Shown: one piece after another, positions 25,564-32,000 of the stretch
Layout: the number at the start of each line of letters is the position of its first letter
Numbering within the stretch: the first letter of the stretch is position 1
From: Corynebacterium amycolatum
Lineage (GTDB): Bacteria; Actinomycetota; Actinomycetes; Mycobacteriales; Mycobacteriaceae
DNA: 32,000 nucleotides
Reading direction: 5' to 3' (one strand)
Assembly: GCF_049243625.1 (NCBI RefSeq)
Contig: NZ_CP046975.1
Made by a program: the position numbers and the translations under genes
The notes under the pieces: generated by a model
Seen by the model: the letters and a program-made list of their open reading frames with translations, nothing else
Told to the model about the DNA's origin: nothing
Databases searched by the model: none

Positions 25564-26772
25564 GTGACTAGCGCTAACGAAAACCCCGAACAGATCGAAG
25601 GACTACGGCCAGAAGATCCCGGATTCCGCCGCGCGCTTATCGCTGTGCTTTTCGCCGGCCTGGCATCGTTCCAAGCGCTCTACGCAACGCAGGCGCTACT
25701 GCCCACGCTTTCCGACGAGCTATCGGTCGACCCAGCCACCGCCGCACTGACGGTATCCGCCACCACCGGTGGTCTGGCCTGTGCGATTATCCCGGTGTCC
25801 ATATTGTCCGAACGCTTTGGACGCAGGCGCGTGATCGTCATCAGCGCATTTGTGGCAACGCTGCTGGGGCTCGTGGTGTCAATCGCGCCGGGCATCGGTT
25901 CGATGATTGCGCTGCGCCTGCTGCAGGGCATTGTCATTGCCGGTGTTCCCGCAGTGGCTATGGCCTATGTCAGTGAGGAAGTCCACGCCGACCACGTCAG
26001 TCGCGTGATGGGGCTGTATATCTCGGGCACGACGGTCGGTGGTCTGCTCGGCCGTATTATTCCGTCCATTGTGCTGGAGTTCGCCTCTTGGCGGGTGGCG
26101 ATTGCGGTCTCGGCGACGGTCGCGTTTGTTTTCGCCATTCTGACCTGGTACTTCCTGCCGCAACAGCGCAGGTTCCAGCCGAAGCAGCTGTCGTTTGCAG
26201 GGGAGGGGCAGGCCATAGCGCGGCACTTGCGCGACCCGCGCATTCTCGCGCTGTGCGCCCTGGCGTTCCTGTTTATGGGGTCGTTTGTCTCTCTGTACAA
26301 CTACCTGGGCTTCCGACTGGGCGATAAGTTCGGGCTCTCTCCGGCACTGGCAGGGTTCGTATTTATTCTCTACCTGTCGGGCACGTGGTCGTCGGCACGC
26401 GCGGGCGTGTGGGCGAAGACGGTGAGCCGCCGTCGCCTCATCGCCATTGCGACTCTGGCCGCGTGCGTGGGCCTGGGGCTGGCGCTGCTGCCGTGGCTGC
26501 CCGCACTGATTGTGGGCGTGCTGATTTTCACGGCCTCGTTCTTCGTGGCGCACTCGCTGTCCTCGTCCGGCGTGGGGCTGGTGGCGCAGCGCGACCGCGC
26601 CGAGGCATCATCGATGTACCTGTTCAGCTACTATGCGGGTTCGTCCATTGTCGGTTGGGTATCCGGGATGGTGTTCAGCCGCTTTGAGTGGGCAGGGCTG
26701 ATTCCGTGGCTGGTGGCGCTGTCCTTCGTCGCGGGCGCGTGTGCTGTGGCGGGGCTGAAGCCGCGGCGGTAG
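25564..26772 (+). CDS. MFS transporter (YNFM-like, 12 TMS)
   Basis: The ORF frame opens at 25423, but that part overlaps the divergent gene start. GTG 25564 (VTSANENPEQ...) gives about 402 aa. Typical MFS loop motif SERFGRRRV. Confidence 0.8.
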   Translation: MTSANENPEQIEGLRPEDPGFRRALIAVLFAGLASFQALYATQALLPTLSDELSVDPATAALTVSATTGGLACAIIPVSILSERFGRRRVIVISAFVATLLGLVVSIAPGIGSMIALRLLQGIVIAGVPAVAMAYVSEEVHADHVSRVMGLYISGTTVGGLLGRIIPSIVLEFASWRVAIAVSATVAFVFAILTWYFLPQQRRFQPKQLSFAGEGQAIARHLRDPRILALCALAFLFMGSFVSLYNYLGFRLGDKFGLSPALAGFVFILYLSGTWSSARAGVWAKTVSRRRLIAIATLAACVGLGLALLPWLPALIVGVLIFTASFFVAHSLSSSGVGLVAQRDRAEASSMYLFSYYAGSSIVGWVSGMVFSRFEWAGLIPWLVALSFVAGACAVAGLKPRR

Positions 26773-26818
26773 GGGCAATATCGGCAACATAGCGCATTTA
26801 GGCACCGCGTAAAGAACC

Positions 26819-26853
26819 CTTAATGTAAAAAAACAGTGATTTTTTACATTAAG
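26819..26853. promoter_or_regulatory. perfect 14-bp inverted repeat CTTAATGTAAAAAA-N7-TTTTTTACATTAAG (operator or weak bidirectional terminator)
   Basis: Arms at 26819-26832 and 26840-26853 are exact reverse complements. The repeat lies between the MFS stop (26772) and the fic start (26924) and is part of a cluster of TGTAAA motifs. Confidence 0.5.
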
Positions 26854-26923
26854 AGTTAGTTTTTAGGGCACTATATGTAAAAGGCATCATGTAAAGAACA
26901 CCGGGGAAAGAAGGGAGCTCGCC

Positions 26924-28195
26924 GTGAAGCACTATCCGCTTAAGAGGATCTTCCACATGTCCGCACATGATGCGGAACAGACAGTGGAAGGCGAATACCA
27001 GTCACGCAAAGACTCCCCGTCGACGATTCAGTGGCACTTTCCGCTGGGGCAGTGGCCGCTCTTTTGCTGCATTACAAGCGATCTCGCGGCCAAGATTGAA
27101 AAGATTCTGTCTCTAGAGCTACAGATCTCACAGTTGTGGAATCGCCTGCCGGGTGCAGCGCGGACTCACTATCTTTTCAATCTGCTCCTGGCCGAGGTGG
27201 TAGCCACCAATGAAATTGAGGGAATTCACTTCACACGGCGAGAAGTCGCGGAGGCGTTGGACAACACTTCGGGAACCCAGTACAAGCGCTTCCATGAATT
27301 CAGTCAGCTCTATTTCCGGTTGGCCAACGATGAGCGGATTGAGTTTCCGACAACGCTCACAGAAATCCGTCAGCAGTACGATCAGCTTCTCGGCGATGAG
27401 ATTGCCGCCGAAGATGAGTTAGACGGTGAGCTCTTCAGGGCAGCAACGGTCACGATTACCGATGGGCAACAACAGGTTCATCGAGGTGTTGAAAGCGAAG
27501 CTGCCATTCACCAACTCCTCAATGAGTTCCTGGCAACGGTGAATTCCGCAGAGGACAATCGGCTGATTCGAATCTTGGCAAGCCATTTCATGTTCGAATT
27601 CGTTCACCCGTTTTATGACGGCAACGGCCGGATGGGACGTTTTCTACTGTCTGTGGCTTTGCGGGAGGCACTCTCGACCTCAACTGCGCTGACTATTTCC
27701 CGCCAACTCGCTGAGGATAAAGCGAAGTATTACAAGGCTTTTACCACTACGGAAGACCCAATGAACCGGGGAGAAGTCACTTTCTTCGTCGAGGCGATGG
27801 CTGATGTCATTCTGAATGCACAGCAGTATTTGCTGGAAGAGCTGCAGATGAAGTCTTACCAGTGCGAAAGGCTTGAACAGCGGATAGCTGAGCTATCTAA
27901 CTCGCCCGAGCAGGTGCTGCCTGTGTCGCTTACAGGAAACGAGATTGGCACGCTATACGTCCTGGCACAGGTTCGGTTGTTCGGACCCGAATATGGAATC
28001 AAGCTCGAACACGTCGCTGACACCGTCGGCAAGGAAAAGCGGACAGCGCGAAAGTATCTCGCCGAGTTAGAGGCGGCAGGATTGGCAATGCCCACGAGCC
28101 GCCGCCCGCTGCGATTCCAGCTGGCACCGGCGGGACTAGATCTCTTAGGCCTTGAACCCGCCGACCATGAATCTGCTTCCGGAATCTACTTCTGA
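26924..28195 (+). CDS. Fic-family protein (AMPylase-type), class II with an N-terminal inhibitory helix; C-terminal winged-helix-like region
   Basis: 423 aa. Fic motif HPFYDGNGRMGR (nt 27605-27640). Inhibitory motif TNEIEG = (S/T)xxxE(G/N) (nt 27206-27223). GTG start with GAAGGGAG 6 nt upstream. Confidence 0.9.
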   Translation: MKHYPLKRIFHMSAHDAEQTVEGEYQSRKDSPSTIQWHFPLGQWPLFCCITSDLAAKIEKILSLELQISQLWNRLPGAARTHYLFNLLLAEVVATNEIEGIHFTRREVAEALDNTSGTQYKRFHEFSQLYFRLANDERIEFPTTLTEIRQQYDQLLGDEIAAEDELDGELFRAATVTITDGQQQVHRGVESEAAIHQLLNEFLATVNSAEDNRLIRILASHFMFEFVHPFYDGNGRMGRFLLSVALREALSTSTALTISRQLAEDKAKYYKAFTTTEDPMNRGEVTFFVEAMADVILNAQQYLLEELQMKSYQCERLEQRIAELSNSPEQVLPVSLTGNEIGTLYVLAQVRLFGPEYGIKLEHVADTVGKEKRTARKYLAELEAAGLAMPTSRRPLRFQLAPAGLDLLGLEPADHESASGIYF

Positions 28196-28572
28196 CCCAC
28201 AATCAGCTCAGTGCCATCGGCCGACAGCGGAGCCTGGCCAGCGGGCTTACGTGAGGGGCCAGAAACAACCTGACCAGTAGCAATATCAAAGTGGGAGTTG
28301 TGGTTCGGGCAAATCATCACACCATTGCTGACCTCAGTGATGCGACCATTCTGGTGCGGGCACGAACTGGAGAAAGCGGCGAACTTGCCCTCCTCCGGCT
28401 GCGTGACGACGTAATTGCCGATAACCACACCGCCGCCAACCGGAATGTCGGCAGCGTCAACTTTCTCCACCGCAGACTTTGGTGCACAAGCGGCTACGAG
28501 TGCGCCAGCTGCAGTGGCGGCAGTTCCCAGGAGGAAACGACGACGGGAGCACGGGGAGACATCAGAACTCAT
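28186..28572 (-). CDS. Rieske [2Fe-2S] domain protein with a Tat signal / lipoprotein-like N-terminus
   Basis: 128 aa. Twin-arginine SRRRFLLGTAATAAGALVAAC, then Rieske ligand motifs CPHQNG...CPNHNSHF. Confidence 0.85.
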   Translation of the reverse strand: MSSDVSPCSRRRFLLGTAATAAGALVAACAPKSAVEKVDAADIPVGGGVVIGNYVVTQPEEGKFAAFSSSCPHQNGRITEVSNGVMICPNHNSHFDIATGQVVSGPSRKPAGQAPLSADGTELIVGQK

Positions 28573-28602
28573 GGCACTGAGATTACCTTCATTTGATTAC
28601 CT

Positions 28603-29325
28603 TTATTTTTTATACGAGCGTTCACCGAAGATAGCGCGTCCCACACGCACGGTGGTCGCTCCCTCGGCGATGGCTTCGCGGTAGTCGCCGGACATACCCA
28701 TCGACAGTTCGTCGAGGCTGACGCCCTCCGGCAAATCCCCGAGCAGACTGTCGCGCAGATCGCGCAGCTCCGCGAAGGTCTCGCGGACATTCGGGTCATT
28801 CTGGGCCGCGATGGTCATAAACCCGCGCAGGCGCAGGTTCGGGTACTCGCCATCGGGGCCGAACATGCGGACAAACTCCGCTGCGTGGCTCGGCGCCAGG
28901 CCCGACTTCTGCGGCTCGCGGGAGACATTGACCTGAATCAGCACATCAAGTGTGCGCTCGGAATCAGCCAAGTGGCGCTGCAGCGCTCCGGCCACCTTCG
29001 GTCGGTCCAGCGCCTGAAACTCATCAGCACAGCTGACTAAATGGCCTGCCTTATTCGTCTGCAGTGGACCAATGATGGCCATATGTGGTGCTTTCTCGCC
29101 GAAGGCCTCCCGGAATACCTCCGCCTTGGCCACCGCTTCCTGGACGCGGTTTTCCGCCAGGCCAGCGCAGCCGGCTGCCGCGAGCTCCGGCCAGGATTCC
29201 ACCAGGGCGTCGACAGGCACAGTCTTGCTGACGGGCAGCAGACGGACCTCGGAGGGCTGACGCCCGGCTCGTCGGCAAGCGTCGTCGATCTCGGAGCGAA
29301 CCTTGCGATAGTTTTCCACGAACAT
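28603..29325 (-). CDS. yggS: YggS-family pyridoxal-phosphate homeostasis protein
   Basis: From ATG 29325: MFVENYRKVRSEIDDACRRAGRQPSEVRLLPVSKTVP... (PLP lysine in the VSKT context) ...MGMSGDYREAIAEGATTVRVGRAIFG. The ORF-track extension to 29520 overlaps the divergent GT87 gene and is not credible. Confidence 0.85.
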   Translation of the reverse strand: MFVENYRKVRSEIDDACRRAGRQPSEVRLLPVSKTVPVDALVESWPELAAAGCAGLAENRVQEAVAKAEVFREAFGEKAPHMAIIGPLQTNKAGHLVSCADEFQALDRPKVAGALQRHLADSERTLDVLIQVNVSREPQKSGLAPSHAAEFVRMFGPDGEYPNLRLRGFMTIAAQNDPNVRETFAELRDLRDSLLGDLPEGVSLDELSMGMSGDYREAIAEGATTVRVGRAIFGERSYKK

Positions 29326-29376
29326 ACCTCCCACTCTAAGGCCTGAGTAGGAAGAACTGTGCGGTAGTGTCGAATC

Positions 29377-30576
29377 ATGCTCATGGACAGACTCTCGACG
29401 CTTTCCGTCATGCAGAGACGGATCTTGGCAATTGTATTTGGGCTGGTGTCGCTGGTCGTTGTCATCGACTTCATCTATCTTGCGGCAACTGCCTACATGA
29501 TGGACCTCGAGGTCTTCCAAGACGCCGGCTGGGCGCTACGACGAGACCAGGATCTCTACTCCCCAGAGTTTCCCACCAGATCGGGTTTCCGCTTCATCTA
29601 CCCACCGTTTGCAGCGCTGCTGTTTTACCCGCTGACCTGGGCGGGGCCGGTTACCCTGCAAATCATCTGGACGTTCGCCACGCTGGCGGCGGTGTGGGCG
29701 ATGCTGTGGATGGTCTTCACTCGTCTCGGCTCTGAGTGTCCGAAGCTGATGGCTACCTGCCTGCTCGGGGTGGTGATGCTGCTCGACCCGCTGCGCGCTA
29801 ACGTGCTCTTCGGGCAGATCAACGTCTTCCTCGCGCTGCTGGTGGTCTCCGATGTGTTGGGCTTTTTGCCCAAGAAGCTACGTGGATTGGGCGTGGGTAT
29901 CGCGGCGGGTATCAAGATCACCCCTGCGGCATATGCGCTGGTGTTCCTCATGCGCCGTGACTTTGCGGCCGTGGCCAAGAGCTTCTGCTGGTTCCTGGTG
30001 ACCGTCGCCATTGGTTTCGCCGTGCGCTTTAAAGAGTCGATTTACTTCTGGACCGATGAGTTCTTCGCCGGCAACCGCGGTGGCGCCCCGGCTTACGAGG
30101 CCAACCAGGCGTTCAGTGGTCTGCTCGCCCGCGCCGGGGTGGAGGGCACTGCGCTCGATATTGGCATCTACGGTTTCTTCCTCTTTGGCGCCATCGCTGC
30201 CGCTTTCGTGGCGTGGGTCTACCATCGCGATGGCTATGAGGTCGCAGCCCTCGGTTTCGTCGCGCTGGCGGTCAGCTTTGCTGGACCGTACGCGGTCAGC
30301 CACCACTGGTCGATTGTCATGGTCTTTGTGCCGCTGGTGCTCTTCGTCCGCGAGATCGGGAACATCGTTGTCGGCACCTTGTTCATGATCGCCCATTGGT
30401 GGGCGCCGTACAAGGTCTTCGTGGGCAACGACTTCGGCCATGCTGCGGGCGTGGGGCAGTGGTTCTACGGCAACATGCAGGGAATCATGGGCGGCGTGCT
30501 CTTCTTCACCTGCCTGGGCTACGCAATCTACCTCTGGTACAAACCCAGTCGCGTGCGGGCGCAGGCAGCTGCTTAA
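29377..30576 (+). CDS. glycosyltransferase family 87 (DUF2029) polyprenyl-phosphate-mannose-dependent mannosyltransferase-like membrane protein
   Basis: 399 aa, polytopic. N-terminal loop DLEVFQDAGWALRRDQDLYSP...FRFIYPPFAALLFYPL is the GT87/PimE-MptC-type signature. Confidence 0.8.
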   Translation: MLMDRLSTLSVMQRRILAIVFGLVSLVVVIDFIYLAATAYMMDLEVFQDAGWALRRDQDLYSPEFPTRSGFRFIYPPFAALLFYPLTWAGPVTLQIIWTFATLAAVWAMLWMVFTRLGSECPKLMATCLLGVVMLLDPLRANVLFGQINVFLALLVVSDVLGFLPKKLRGLGVGIAAGIKITPAAYALVFLMRRDFAAVAKSFCWFLVTVAIGFAVRFKESIYFWTDEFFAGNRGGAPAYEANQAFSGLLARAGVEGTALDIGIYGFFLFGAIAAAFVAWVYHRDGYEVAALGFVALAVSFAGPYAVSHHWSIVMVFVPLVLFVREIGNIVVGTLFMIAHWWAPYKVFVGNDFGHAAGVGQWFYGNMQGIMGGVLFFTCLGYAIYLWYKPSRVRAQAAA

Positions 30577-30588
30577 CGACGAGCCTGC

Positions 30589-32000
30589 TTAACGACGGCG
30601 CTTCGTTCTCGCAGTAGCCTGCTCCTCCCACGGGTTCTCCGGCCACGGATGCTTGGGGTAACGGCCCCGCATCTCGGAGCGAACCTGTGCGTAGGCGCCA
30701 TTCCAGAAACTTTCCAAGTCTCCAGTGACCGCGAGTGGTCGCTGAGCCGGTGACAGCAAATGCATTGTCACCGGCTTTTCCAATACCTGCGGGGTCTCCG
30801 CCAGGCCAAAGCACTCCTGCAACTTCACAGCCAGGACAATCTGCGCCTCTTCGTCGGTGGGGTCCTCCGGGTACTCCAGGCGAATCTTCGAACCGGATGG
30901 GACCTCCAGGCGTTCGGGTACCAGCCGGTCGAAGTCCGTGGCCTCCGGCCAGGGCAGCAGGCGGCGGAGATGCTCGGCATCCAAAGTCGGAGGGGTCGGG
31001 CGGTCCAGCTCGCCAGCGAAGAGGAGCTCGGCCTGGGCCGCAAGCCCTGCGGGGGAGACATCCGGCCATGGGGCACCGCGATGAGTGTGGAGAAAGGCCA
31101 TGCGGCGGCGGAGCTGTTCGGTGTCGCGGTCGAGGTTGGGGCTGGCGTCGGCAAGCGTGCCGGCAAGCCAGGCGGAGTTGGCGGCAATGCACTGCTCGGG
31201 CGTCGGGGAGACCTGGCGGGAGGACAGCTCGATGGCGCCGAGCAGGTCGCGCTCACGGGCGCGAACGCGGCCCTGTTCGACGCGCGCCGTGGTCTCCGTG
31301 CGGACGAGGTGGCCGGCGGCGAGCATGGCGATTTCCATGTCGATTGCCTCGCCGTCGCGGATTAGCGCACGACCGTGGGAGAGCCGCGAGATGTCGGCGG
31401 CCGCGATCCACTCGTGGCCGTGCAAGTCAGAACCGCGGGCGAGTTCCGCTGCGGTGCCGCCGGTGAAGAGGTACTCGTCGGAGTTCACACTGCGCCGTCG
31501 CCCGATGAAATCCGGCCAGGCCAGGGCCGTGACCAGCGCGGGGATGTCCGAGGACAGCAGGTTGGCGGGGGCTTCAGTATCCAGCTCAATGCGGCGCACC
31601 TGCTTGGCCAAGCCGCGGGCATCGGTGAGTTTCTCCACCGCGCGTGCGACCGCGCCGGCGTGCTCCGGCATCATGGCCGTGGCGGTCAGCAGCGCGCGTC
31701 CCATGCGTGGATGCACCGGCAGGGTAGCCAGGGTGCGTCCGAGCTCCGTGATGTCACCGGTCTCATCAACAGCACCCAGGCCAGCGAGAATGCGGTTTGC
31801 AGCCTCCGTGTGGTGGGGTGGTGGGGCGTCGAGAAGCTTGAGTCCCTGCATCCCTGGCGTGCCCCACGCGGCGGCGTCGAGGAGCGCTTGGGTCAGGTCG
31901 GCGACCTCGATTTCCGGCGCGGGCCAGGCGGGAAAGGACGCGAACTCCGACTGAGAGACGCAGCGCACCACGATGCCCGGGCCCTCACGTCCCGCACGGC
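30589..32000 (-). CDS. hrpB: ATP-dependent helicase HrpB, C-terminal two-thirds; gene runs off the right edge
   Basis: The frame stays open to 32000. The edge reads ..RAGREGPGIVVRC, consistent with helicase motif VI (QRAGRAGR..PG). This is followed by HA2/OB and HrpB C-terminal regions (LATLPVHPRMGRALL...RYPKHPWPE). Confidence 0.85.
   Translation of the reverse strand, partial: RAGREGPGIVVRCVSQSEFASFPAWPAPEIEVADLTQALLDAAAWGTPGMQGLKLLDAPPPHHTEAANRILAGLGAVDETGDITELGRTLATLPVHPRMGRALLTATAMMPEHAGAVARAVEKLTDARGLAKQVRRIELDTEAPANLLSSDIPALVTALAWPDFIGRRRSVNSDEYLFTGGTAAELARGSDLHGHEWIAAADISRLSHGRALIRDGEAIDMEIAMLAAGHLVRTETTARVEQGRVRARERDLLGAIELSSRQVSPTPEQCIAANSAWLAGTLADASPNLDRDTEQLRRRMAFLHTHRGAPWPDVSPAGLAAQAELLFAGELDRPTPPTLDAEHLRRLLPWPEATDFDRLVPERLEVPSGSKIRLEYPEDPTDEEAQIVLAVKLQECFGLAETPQVLEKPVTMHLLSPAQRPLAVTGDLESFWNGAYAQVRSEMRGRYPKHPWPENPWEEQATARTKRRR

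Noticed and set aside
29326-29520. N-terminal extensions of ORFs: YggS to 29520, MFS to 25423, LLM oxidoreductase to 8064
   Set aside because: The extensions overlap divergent neighbouring genes and lack family similarity. Internal starts (29325, 25564, 8190) give proteins of the normal length.
30506-31954. Long alternative-frame ORFs inside hrpB (228, 243, 201, 143 and 289 aa), and similar ones inside other GC-rich genes (e.g. 1238-1735, 4239-4796, 7359-7997, 24383-25030, 24750-25502, 25879-26553)
   Set aside because: These are Arg/Pro/Ala-rich shadow ORFs typical of high-GC DNA. Each overlaps a gene with clear family motifs on the other strand or in another frame.

Overview
High-GC actinobacterial chromosome segment with Corynebacterium-type content and synteny (fhaA 5' end, tRNA-Leu(CAG), Rpf, DUF222-HNH, GT87 mannosyltransferase-like, HrpB). 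The centre, about 11.7-21.8 kb, is a type I-E CRISPR-Cas locus: cas3-casA-casB-cas7e-cas5e-cas6e-cas1e-cas2e, then a 14-repeat/13-spacer array of the 29-nt repeat GTTTTCCCCGCGTGAGCGGGGATGTTCCG. A hypothetical gene, a hicAB toxin-antitoxin pair and a YciI-like gene follow. Main observations: (1) cas3 carries an in-frame TGA at 13160-13162, between helicase motifs I and II. (2) Directly upstream of cas3 lies a degenerate two-repeat mini-array (11690-11767) that keeps the repeat parts needed to make one crRNA-like RNA. Its 20-nt pseudo-spacer matches a site at 11811-11830 in the AT-rich cas3 upstream region (8/8 seed, 15/20 overall), and that site is preceded by AAT. This makes it a candidate CreR/CreA-like self-regulatory RNA. 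(3) The same repeat plus pseudo-spacer block recurs at the distal end of the main array, so the cas cassette is bracketed by direct repeats. Other points: next to the tRNA are a 21-bp phased ACTTATCGATG repeat cluster and a decayed P-type ATPase relic. A GNAT acetyltransferase is frameshifted in a homopolymer. A class II Fic protein sits behind a cluster of TGTAAA motifs that includes a perfect 14-bp palindrome. The remaining genes look like ordinary housekeeping or accessory metabolism and transport. All functional calls come from reading translated motifs by eye; no database search was possible.
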